Of a stretch of 58,903 bases of DNA, positions 1 to 7,398 are shown piece by piece. Position 1 is the stretch's first letter; every line of letters begins with the position of its first letter. The DNA is from a virus (taxonomy: Duplodnaviria; Caudoviricetes): positions 1 to 58,903 of the IMG/VR virus record IMGVR_UViG_3300014913_000511; one strand, given 5' to 3'. A program made the position numbers and the translations under genes. The notes beneath the pieces are model-generated. The model was not told the DNA's origin and ran no database searches. It saw nothing but the letters and a program-made list of their open reading frames with translations.

Positions 1-24
1 CAAACTGACAGATTTTCACACTCA

Positions 25-143
25 CAATTCTCAATTCTCAATTCTCAATTCTCAATTCTCAATTCTCAATTCTCAATTCTCAATTCTCAATTCTCAATTC
101 TCAATTCTCAATTCTCAATTCTCAATTCTCAATTCTCAATTCT
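25..143. repeat. Tandem heptamer repeat (CAATTCT)x17
   Basis: 17 perfect copies counted directly; a second array of 6 copies lies at 58661-58702. Confidence 0.97.
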
Positions 144-166
144 TCAATTTTATCTTATTTTCACTT

Positions 167-203
167 ACCCACCCCCCCTCATTTGAAAAAGGGGGGAGGG
201 TAT
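167..203 (-). terminator. C/G-rich hairpin downstream of the 208-579 gene; part of a repeated element
   Basis: TACCCACCCCCC...GGGGGGAGGGTA stem; homologous hairpin at about 58725-58756. Confidence 0.55.
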
Positions 204-207
204 AAAT

Positions 208-579
208 TCACCGACTAAGAACGACTGCACCCAACGCCTCAAACTTTTGCACTTCAATAGGCGTCAAATTCACAAACCAATCCTCCGATGTTTTGCCCAG
301 AAGCGCTCCGAGAATATTGTAGCGCTTGAAGTGTCCAAAAAAATCACGCCCTTCGCAAACCAAAAGGTTAATCTCAGGGGCGTTGTACTCTTCCTCTGGA
401 AGGCGGTATACAACGTGCCCACCCTCTATCCATGCCTTAATGCCCTCCATCCACCCCCAAAAATCGCCTAAATGCTTGACCCCTTCTTCTTCGTCGTAAA
501 ATTCACTCCCAATGTAATCAAAAAAATATCGCCCGATTACATAATTGTCAGTGACTTGTAGAATTTTCCAGTTGATCAT
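208..579 (-). CDS. Hypothetical protein, probable paralog of 627-1007
   Basis: ORF; ATG at 579 preceded by GGAG; shares the motif IKAxxExGHxxYR with its neighbour. Confidence 0.7.
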   Translation of the reverse strand: MINWKILQVTDNYVIGRYFFDYIGSEFYDEEEGVKHLGDFWGWMEGIKAWIEGGHVVYRLPEEEYNAPEINLLVCEGRDFFGHFKRYNILGALLGKTSEDWFVNLTPIEVQKFEALGAVVLSR

Positions 580-626
580 TTTCTCTCCTTCTCTCCTTCT
601 CTTTTCTTTTCTTTCCTCTGCCACTA

Positions 627-1007
627 CTAGAACAAAATCTTCCCGCCACGTAACATCAAAAGACTCAACTCGTCCTCCTCCAAAACGCGGGGGTAGGGCG
701 ATTCAGCTCCCCCCTGAAGATCAATAGATAAATCCAGAAGATACGTTTGTGGAACCTCCCACCATTCAGTGTCAGGATCCCCGCCCCAAATTTTCACATC
801 ACAATGATCAAACTTACCGTCCTCGTCAATTTGATCACGATAGAAAATATGACCCTTCTCCGCGTACGCCTTAATTTCATTATAATTATCCAGAAGTTCC
901 TCTAAAATCTCATCATCGTTGCCAGACAAAAAAAGAAAATAGCTAGCAAGAGGACCATTATCGCCTGGTTCGAGCTTCGTCCAAGCATCAAAAGTTACTG
1001 GTTTCAT
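627..1007 (-). CDS. Hypothetical acidic protein
   Basis: ORF; likely start MKPVTF after a GGGGG SD-like sequence. Confidence 0.65.
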   Translation of the reverse strand: MKPVTFDAWTKLEPGDNGPLASYFLFLSGNDDEILEELLDNYNEIKAYAEKGHIFYRDQIDEDGKFDHCDVKIWGGDPDTEWWEVPQTYLLDLSIDLQGGAESPYPRVLEEDELSLLMLRGGKILF

Positions 1008-1076
1008 TGACTTACCCCCCATTAGCCTCTTTAGCCTCTTTAAAGGTTCCAGTTCTTCTTCCTTTTTTTCTTGCTT

Positions 1077-1109
1077 GCTCCCCCTGCCCCCAAAGGGGCA
1101 GGGGGAGGC
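1077..1109 (-). terminator. GC-rich hairpin after the 1114-1356 gene
   Basis: CCCCTGCCCC-CAAA-GGGGCAGGGG. Confidence 0.5.
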
Positions 1110-1113
1110 GCGA

Positions 1114-1356
1114 CTACCCGAGGAAAGTGTCGGGGTACAGGAACTTTCCAACTTGATCACGAGGGGCCTTTACGGCTTCCAAGCCCTCCCTTTTCGTCCT
1201 AAAGGTTCTGGAAGCGCGAGCGGTTCCGTTGCACAGCTCAAAAGTGACTTGCCACTCGCGTGGTCCTATCCGAGTCAAGACGTTTTCAATCGGCCAGTCA
1301 ATGCCTGTGATCACTTCAGTGCCGATAACTACAGAGGCGATTATCGAAGATTTCAT
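1114..1356 (-). CDS. Small hypothetical (early) protein
   Basis: ORF directly downstream of a repeated promoter module with a purine-rich leader. Confidence 0.7.
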   Translation of the reverse strand: MKSSIIASVVIGTEVITGIDWPIENVLTRIGPREWQVTFELCNGTARASRTFRTKREGLEAVKAPRDQVGKFLYPDTFLG

Positions 1357-1421
1357 TTTTCTTGTCCCTTTCTTTGTCTTCGTTTTTCGTCTTAGGCTTT
1401 ATTGCCCTCTTTCTAAAAATA

Positions 1422-1450
1422 ATAATAGCTTCTTCTTTCTGCCCTGTCTA
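1422..1450 (-). promoter_or_regulatory. Sigma70-like promoter TAGACA-17-TATTAT (module copy 1)
   Basis: Near-consensus boxes with exact 17 bp spacing, conserved in three copies. Confidence 0.8.
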
Positions 1451-1813
1451 CTCTTTTTTTGATCTATTTTATAACTTGTTGATTTTATTAGTTATTTTTT
1501 TCGTTAAATCGACCGGTCAACGGAAGTAAGAAACCCGAAAAATCAAGACCAGCTACAACCCATTAAAATCATTCAATAAATCGGGAATCTAGCGTCCGTT
1601 TTTTGCACCCCTTATAAATCTCGGTTTTGCTTCAAGAAAACCGCCTATATAAAGGATATAAAAAAACGTCCTTAGAATTCCCCATTTCCATAATGATTAC
1701 ATTAAGTTATAGCTCAATGATTTTTTTCGCTTTTCTTGAACTTCAAGCTTAATCTTTTAACGAAAAAAATACTCAATAAAAACAACAGCTTATAAAATAG
1801 ATCAAAAAAAGAG

Positions 1814-1842
1814 TAGACAAGGGAAAAGTAAAGAGCTATTAT
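1814..1842 (+). promoter_or_regulatory. Sigma70-like promoter TAGACA-17-TATTAT (module copy 2)
   Basis: Same motif and spacing as copy 1, opposite strand. Confidence 0.8.
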
Positions 1843-1900
1843 TTATTTCAGAAGCGGGGGCAATCAAGCCCAAGACAAAGAAAAAGAAAGGACAAGAAAA

Positions 1901-2084
1901 ATGACAAAAAAAGACGTAGTAATCGGAACGACTTACCGGGCTAAAGTTTCCGGAAGAAGTGTCCCGGTTCGGATTCTGGAAAAGCACGAGGCGAAGGGCT
2001 GGGTTGGCCAGAACTTGATTACAGGGAAGGGAGATTCAAATAAAAACGGCGGCAAGGCTGTCGCCAATGCCTCTGGGAATGTAA
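1901..2084 (+). pseudogene. Frameshifted paralog of the small protein at 20362-20538
   Basis: MTKKDVVIGTTYRAKVS...NLITGK aligns to MTKKNVKIGNIYRAKVS...NLSTGR; homology (EIQIKTAARL) resumes in the +1 frame after an extra G at about 2029-2031. Confidence 0.75.
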
Positions 2085-2173
2085 TAAGGGATTCCATGTG
2101 GTTAACCTCCTTTCGCCTTTCATGGCGAAAGGAGGGAGCATAAGTATCGAGGCGCTTGAGCGCCTCGATTTTC

Positions 2174-2662
2174 TTAAACCTCAAACCGCTTGCGAAAACC
2201 CAGCACTGCCCGAAATCGATCCATGTCGATATTTGGGCATGTCTTCCTACTATCTATCTCATAATGCCCCCAAACCTTGGGTTCTGCAAGCCTGTGGTAT
2301 AAAAAATTATTCAACTCTTGCAATCTTAGAATCAACTTATACAAGCTGAAGATTTGCATATCCGTAAACGTCTTTTTGCCTATTAAGCAAATACCTACGG
2401 CGGATCGATTGTACTTCTTACAGTGAGCGCCTTCCTGAATGTTTCCATCAAACGAAACCAAGCGCCCCATCTGCACAAGGCCGTCACCTAACCCTTTTTC
2501 GCCTGGCACGGACTCTGCCGTCGGCCTCCCATTAGCTATTACGAAGTGATAACCACACTCTAGCCAGCCACGGGATTTATGCCATTTATCGATAACTTCG
2601 ACACTTCCCCATTCGGAGTCGGAGCAATGGACGATTATCTCTGTAGGCTTGTAAAGTTTCAT
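2174..2662 (-). CDS. N-acetylmuramoyl-L-alanine amidase endolysin (Amidase_2, T7 lysozyme-like)
   Basis: IIVHCS, GYHFVI, GAHC..YN, GHYE..KTCP zinc-amidase motifs; ATGA overlap with the upstream gene. Confidence 0.92.
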   Translation of the reverse strand: MKLYKPTEIIVHCSDSEWGSVEVIDKWHKSRGWLECGYHFVIANGRPTAESVPGEKGLGDGLVQMGRLVSFDGNIQEGAHCKKYNRSAVGICLIGKKTFTDMQIFSLYKLILRLQELNNFLYHRLAEPKVWGHYEIDSRKTCPNIDMDRFRAVLGFRKRFEV

Positions 2663-2886
2663 GGTGCAATGAAGCCTTTCTGCGGTGGGGGTGCGCATTC
2701 GCAACTTTCAGCATAGGGGTCGATAAATATTGAAGCAGGGAGGGGAATAATAAATTCAAAACAAATAAATAAAATTACCATCCACAAGCAAAATGCCATG
2801 AAAAGTCTAAGTATGACCTTCTTGCCATATGCCTCTGCCTGCTTCTCATACTCGTCTAAAAGACCACCACGCGGTTGATATGCCAT
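2659..2886 (-). CDS. Small membrane protein
   Basis: One hydrophobic helix; translationally coupled to the endolysin. Confidence 0.6.
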   Translation of the reverse strand: MAYQPRGGLLDEYEKQAEAYGKKVILRLFMAFCLWMVILFICFEFIIPLPASIFIDPYAESCECAPPPQKGFIAP

Positions 2887-2896
2887 GATTATTGCC

Positions 2897-3112
2897 TTAC
2901 CTCAATACAACTTTACCATTAGGGGTTGCGGTTACATTCACACTTGCAATCTTCAACACATTCGGAGGTGTGAGTACAGATTCTGGTGCGCACCTTGCCA
3001 ACCCCCCAAGGAACGCCATATAGAAAGTGCCAACCATCATAAATATAATAAGACCAGTAAGAAATGCAATCATCACTTCATCTACAGTCTTATCAAATTC
3101 ACTTCTTCCCAT
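2897..3112 (-). CDS. Small membrane protein
   Basis: One transmembrane helix; GGAGGTGG SD upstream. Confidence 0.6.
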   Translation of the reverse strand: MGRSEFDKTVDEVMIAFLTGLIIFMMVGTFYMAFLGGLARCAPESVLTPPNVLKIASVNVTATPNGKVVLR

Positions 3113-3281
3113 TGGATTCCACCTCCCGACACTCCATACTCACTTTATCACATTTGACGACAACCGTTACTTTCTGCGGTCTCCTGATGAATACCACCGA
3201 TAGTGTTAACAATACTACGAAAGTCAAAACGCAGCAGATAATCGTATTCGCCATGCGTTGCATGTGGTCTTCTTCGTCCAT
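3099..3281 (-). CDS. Small membrane protein
   Basis: One transmembrane helix and a Cys-containing C-terminus. Confidence 0.5.
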   Translation of the reverse strand: MDEEDHMQRMANTIICCVLTFVVLLTLSVVFIRRPQKVTVVVKCDKVSMECREVESNGKK

Positions 3282-3618
3282 GACGTTGTTCCGATACTTT
3301 CATGTTCTTAATATCTTTTTCCGTACTACCCCTTACATCCTCAACACAATCCTGCCCACATGAGTTATAAAATGTATCAGGATACATTTTATCTATACTC
3401 GGCGCATTCAACGCCCCCGATAGCCAACTAAGCCACATCATTTCTACAATCCAAATAACCATCCATATGACAACGAATTGTAAATATGTGGAAACATTGT
3501 CAGCAGATCGATTTACCCGACACCCCTTAGTTTTTAACTTTAGCATTTCCTTTTTCTCCACATAATACATTAGCATCAACGCGGTCTTGCTCGCAATACC
3601 TTTTACATTCATTGACAC
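3148..3618 (-). CDS. Possible membrane protein, boundaries uncertain
   Basis: Hydrophobic segment LQFVVIWMVIWIVEMMWLSW; overlaps both neighbours. Confidence 0.35.
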   Translation of the reverse strand: MSMNVKGIASKTALMLMYYVEKKEMLKLKTKGCRVNRSADNVSTYLQFVVIWMVIWIVEMMWLSWLSGALNAPSIDKMYPDTFYNSCGQDCVEDVRGSTEKDIKNMKVSEQRHGRRRPHATHGEYDYLLRFDFRSIVNTIGGIHQETAESNGCRQM

Positions 3619-3802
3619 CCGGTCGCGAATATGGCATGTCTATTTGTTGAGGGTTTGTTACCTTCTCCCACACTACCACACTTGTAAGAAAGAATGAACC
3701 TATCCCTAGCACCACACAATAAATAAGTAAAAAGTTCAAAAACACCTCAAGAATTTTTATTCCAATAAATTCCACTATTTCGCCTATTTTGTCAAAATCC
3801 AT
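3527..3802 (-). CDS. Small membrane protein
   Basis: Long hydrophobic N-half and a CxxxC C-terminus. Confidence 0.6.
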   Translation of the reverse strand: MDFDKIGEIVEFIGIKILEVFLNFLLIYCVVLGIGSFFLTSVVVWEKVTNPQQIDMPYSRPGVNECKRYCEQDRVDANVLCGEKGNAKVKN

Positions 3803-4341
3803 CTCCCCACCACCTCCTTTATTCCATTTCCACGATCTCGCTCACCCGCAGCAAGCGCTGCTTTACCCAAACGACAATGTTTACAAACGAGATGAACGTG
3901 TTCCAATTCCCCCATATACAGCAAATCGCAACGACTCTCACAAACCATGGTTTCTAACTCTTCCAAAAAATCAGTATCCACGTCTGAAAAGCCATAATCA
4001 AAACAAGGAGCGTGCTTTTTCATATATTTAGGATGCATTTCTACGCCGGCATCCGCGTCAAGCAACTCTTCATCTGTGAGAGATTGTACATCTGGATAAA
4101 CTTTATCCAGGAACTCAATCACGTCAACAGGATCGAAGAGGTTAGGACCGTTTCCCTTCTTACGAATCGCATGTAAAAAATACCCTCCCCTTGACAATCT
4201 ATTCTCACTTCGCCAGTCCCTTATGACCCAATCCCCCACTCCAAGTAAAGCTGCAAGGTCTTTTGTGGAAATTAACTCGCCAGGCGATTGGCTCATACGA
4301 ACCAGCGCACGACGATTCTCGTCAGAGAAAATAAATTTCAC
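3784..4341 (-). CDS. Helix-turn-helix DNA-binding protein (MerR/excisionase-like) with a C-terminal Cys cluster
   Basis: LISTKDLAALLGVGDWVIRDWR HTH pattern; CESRC and CKHC motifs. Confidence 0.65.
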   Translation of the reverse strand: MKFIFSDENRRALVRMSQSPGELISTKDLAALLGVGDWVIRDWRSENRLSRGGYFLHAIRKKGNGPNLFDPVDVIEFLDKVYPDVQSLTDEELLDADAGVEMHPKYMKKHAPCFDYGFSDVDTDFLEELETMVCESRCDLLYMGELEHVHLVCKHCRLGKAALAAGERDRGNGIKEVVGRWILTK

Positions 4342-4633
4342 GTTTACAGCTTCCTTTCAAAAAAAAAAAAGAGGGGGGAAGGTAAAAATCTACTAGATAA
4401 ATATTACTTATTATTTTCCCCTTGTCTACCCTTTTCTTGAACTATTTCACAATATACTAAAATCATTAAAGAAAAATCTTCAAAATCAATACCACGAAAA
4501 GTAGGCAAAATACCAAAAAATCAACGTGAAGTATAACTATGTAAAATTATTAGCGAATTGGAGAATTAAGAAGTCGAGTGAATTCGCCGGCAAATTCACC
4601 GAAAAAAACCATAGAAGATTTGAAAAATAATGG

Positions 4634-4662
4634 TTGACAGACTGAAAGAATCCAGGCATAAT
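4634..4662 (+). promoter_or_regulatory. Sigma70 promoter TTGACA-17-CATAAT
   Basis: Near-perfect consensus. Confidence 0.75.
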
Positions 4663-4667
4663 ATGGG

Positions 4668-4740
4668 GACTTTCTAGGGCGCTCTAAACCCTGTTTTTTT
4701 TTGAAAAGCTCTTTGCTCCAACAAAGAGCTTTTCGCGTTT
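4668..4740 (+). ncRNA. Putative small RNA 1
   Basis: Promoter followed within about 70 nt by a 13-bp perfect hairpin (4703-4734); no ORF of note. Confidence 0.4.
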
Positions 4741-4825
4741 ACGACTACCACACTACAAGACAGGCCTTAGGGCTGTAAACCCAGCCCCTCCGCACCTCCC
4801 ACTAAGCAATCCTAGAAAATAAAGC

Positions 4826-4854
4826 TTGACAATGGATGGAAGATCAGATATGGT
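4826..4854 (+). promoter_or_regulatory. Sigma70 promoter TTGACA-17-TATGGT
   Basis: Perfect -35 box, 17 bp spacer. Confidence 0.65.
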
Positions 4855-4860
4855 ATTTTT

Positions 4861-4920
4861 ACATACTGTCCTCCTGTTCCTCGTAAGGCCCCTTGACCCA
4901 GCAAGGGGCCTTACCTTTTC
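4861..4920 (+). ncRNA. Putative small RNA 2 with anti-Shine-Dalgarno sequence
   Basis: Promoter, then CUGUCCUCCUGUUCCUC, then a 13-bp hairpin (4883-4914) and CUUUUC. Confidence 0.5.
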
Positions 4921-5062
4921 AATCTTCTCTATACTAAATGCAGCCTTTAATAAGGAGATAAAAATCATCCTTATTAAACACGGCCTTTAATAAGCGGCAG
5001 AATGATCCAGTGATTTTCACGAAACCAATGCGTCACGAATGGAATTATCCAGGTCTACTGGA

Positions 5063-5146
5063 TCAAACATAAAACACCGGCCTACCGAGGCGCTCCGCCT
5101 CCTCGATCTCAGCTCGCACACCGGTCGACTCCCAGTAGATCAGGGG
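5063..5146 (-). pseudogene. Orphan C-terminal fragment of a DUF1937/DUF4406-like protein
   Basis: Translates as IYWESTGVRAEIEEAERLGRPVFYV*; no start codon; in frame after the thyX stop. Confidence 0.55.
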
Positions 5147-6208
5147 TTAACATGAAAAATCCCCAAAAACACTAGGCGCTTTTTCTCCCAAAATTCTCAA
5201 CGCCCTAAAACATAACTCCCGAATTTCCCATTGTGCTTTAGGGTTACACCTTTTTTTGAATATCCAACGCCACTGCCGGAAGTTCGCACTTATCACAATC
5301 TCCGAGAGGCAGGCGTTGGGAAGGACGAAACGGGCGTCCTCCCTCTTTACACCCAACTCGATTAAATTGCAATAGGCCCTTTGAATATTGGCCATTTCAG
5401 ATTTGTAGATAAATTCGGCCTCGCTCCCCTTTTCCAAACTCTTTGGCATTACGAACTCGAACTTATCCTCACTAACGTAACGTTGCGACTGCTGGCTGAA
5501 GGAGCACAAGCGATGCCGCACCATCTGATGTGTGAAGGCCCGGCTACCCCGAAAGCGAAAGGTAGCCGAGGCGTGTTCCAACACCGACTCGTGCCCGGAT
5601 TTTATCAACATTTGGATAAATTTCTCATGACTCATATCGTCAATCTTGCCTAACGACTGATAGCAGGTGCGCCCCGCTTGCTCGATGAGCCGCTCGGCGT
5701 CGGGGGTAATTGCGAGGAGAGTGACCCGTGCGATTTTCTCCGCCGGCTTAGACGTAGACGTAACAGTTTCAATTACCGTAGATCTTTCTTTATGCGGAGC
5801 GGGCGGAGCGGGCGGAGCGGGCGCGTTAATTTCACCTTCCCTACCCCTACGATTAAAGCAATCGTGACAGAGACCGGTCAGATTAGGCCTGATTGGCTTT
5901 TCACAAACAGAACATTTCCTAGTCCTTTTATCTCGTTTAACAGACTTCTTTTTCACGTTTAGCGACGCCCCATTTTCGCCCATCTCGCTTCCTTTCTTTT
6001 CCACATGTAAATGTTTTGTTCTTAACACCCCGAACTTCATTCCAACCTTCTCCACAGGCAAACCGTCGTCGGGAGCTGTAGGATCTAAGCCACGGCACCC
6101 CGCATCGAGACATATCCGGTTTACGTCACGCAGCTTAAGGCAAGTCGCGGGAATTACTTTTAATTCGCCGTGGGCATGAGGACACAATTGCATATCGTCA
6201 AAAGTCAT
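5147..6208 (-). CDS. thyX: Flavin-dependent thymidylate synthase with a long Cys-rich N-terminal extension
   Basis: GHESVLEH and RHRLCSFSQQSQRY ThyX signature, plus AQWEIR. Confidence 0.95.
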   Translation of the reverse strand: MTFDDMQLCPHAHGELKVIPATCLKLRDVNRICLDAGCRGLDPTAPDDGLPVEKVGMKFGVLRTKHLHVEKKGSEMGENGASLNVKKKSVKRDKRTRKCSVCEKPIRPNLTGLCHDCFNRRGREGEINAPAPPAPPAPHKERSTVIETVTSTSKPAEKIARVTLLAITPDAERLIEQAGRTCYQSLGKIDDMSHEKFIQMLIKSGHESVLEHASATFRFRGSRAFTHQMVRHRLCSFSQQSQRYVSEDKFEFVMPKSLEKGSEAEFIYKSEMANIQRAYCNLIELGVKREDARFVLPNACLSEIVISANFRQWRWIFKKRCNPKAQWEIRELCFRALRILGEKAPSVFGDFSC

Positions 6209-6912
6209 TAGCTACTCACCACACAAGTAAAATTCCAGTTGGGAGAGTTCACTCTCAAGTTCTTCTTGTCCCAAAAAAAGCTTATCAAGTCGGGTGGGAC
6301 TAGCCGGAAGAAATGTTGTTGATCCAAGAGGGCCGAAAGGGCGCGTGCAGCATCATGTGGGATTTTAATGGGGGGTGCATTCTCATATATAGAACCGCAT
6401 TTCACGATTGCAGTATTAAAAAAAGTAGAGAACTTTATCATGCTACCTTGAACAGATAGTGATATAGGAGCATCAATTTCCCTACACTGGCAAAAAAACC
6501 TTTTATGTTTATGGATTCCAGTGTATTTCGTGCCCCCTATTAAAGGTAAATCCCGCTCTTTTGCAAGATACTCGAACACCGCCGCATAATTACTTGTGAG
6601 ATTTGACACGCTCAGATAATGCTTGCCGTTTTGGAAGTTTACGTAATCATTGTCGATAGTTAAGGAGAAATGCTCCGGCTCGGGCTTCTGGCTCATAAAT
6701 AGCCACTCCTTCAAAACGCAGGCAGGCACGATTACCGGATCACCTTTAATATTCGGTACCCTGATCGCCATCCGAAACGTCGCGTCTCTATTAATCGCCG
6801 ATACGCCACCTTTCTCTAATATTATCGGAGTGTTATCTAAGGCGTGTACCCCCTGAACCCAAGGCTCAAGAAAGATCACCGCATTAACGAATATGGATTT
6901 GTCAATCTTCAT
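6208..6912 (-). CDS. Hypothetical protein, weakly beta-clamp-like
   Basis: AAGGAGG SD and ATGA overlap give start MKIDK; beta-rich pattern. Confidence 0.55.
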   Translation of the reverse strand: MKIDKSIFVNAVIFLEPWVQGVHALDNTPIILEKGGVSAINRDATFRMAIRVPNIKGDPVIVPACVLKEWLFMSQKPEPEHFSLTIDNDYVNFQNGKHYLSVSNLTSNYAAVFEYLAKERDLPLIGGTKYTGIHKHKRFFCQCREIDAPISLSVQGSMIKFSTFFNTAIVKCGSIYENAPPIKIPHDAARALSALLDQQHFFRLVPPDLISFFWDKKNLRVNSPNWNFTCVVSS

Positions 6913-7325
6913 CGTTCTAACCTCCTTATTATGGCCTCGTCTAAAAGTTTCGGGCCGTATCGCCGGACAGCCCAACGGTCCAGCTCGTTCCAGCGCTTTT
7001 CAATTTCTTTCATATTTTCCTTAGACAAATTGCCTTTTTCGTAGGCGTCAAAAGCAGGATTTACTCTTAGTAACAGCAGCGCCGCATAAAAATCTGGGGT
7101 GACGCGCCGCCGCCCGTTAATCAGAACGTCTGGAAGGGGATCACTGTCTCTCCAGAGAGTAGAGAAGACTAAAGACTTAGAGGAGTAGTACTCCTCTGCC
7201 GGGTCAAAAAGTTCCATTTTGCACTCTCCGTTCAAGTGATTTTTAGGGTCAACTTTTACTATTTCAATATCGCATTTCTGGGGCTGAAAGTCAAGTTTTA
7301 AGTCAGATTGAGTTTTTCGTGTCAA
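6909..7325 (-). CDS. Hypothetical protein (start may be 7216, MELFD)
   Basis: ORF coupled to the downstream gene. Confidence 0.6.
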   Translation of the reverse strand: MTRKTQSDLKLDFQPQKCDIEIVKVDPKNHLNGECKMELFDPAEEYYSSKSLVFSTLWRDSDPLPDVLINGRRRVTPDFYAALLLLRVNPAFDAYEKGNLSKENMKEIEKRWNELDRWAVRRYGPKLLDEAIIRRLER

Positions 7326-7398
7326 GCGGAAAGGGGCATTTCCGGCGTTTTTCGGTGGGTTTAGGTGGGTTTAGGGTGTGTTTTTGTCACGATTCAGA

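Larger units (their letters stand above)
1357..1903. repeat. About 550 bp imperfect palindrome made of two head-to-head promoter modules of about 270 bp
   Basis: 1357-1620 is the diverged reverse complement of about 1645-1903; centre CGGTTTT-N8-AAAACCG near 1632. Confidence 0.85.

Noticed and set aside
1-213. Terminal direct repeat proving a complete circular genome
   Set aside because: The copy at 58650-58768 is diverged and not at the extreme end, and the window ends inside a pentapeptide gene, so some sequence is missing.
1600-1665. Protelomerase (telRL) site at the palindrome centre
   Set aside because: The centre is an imperfect inverted repeat with a spacer, and no protelomerase or tyrosine recombinase gene was recognised.
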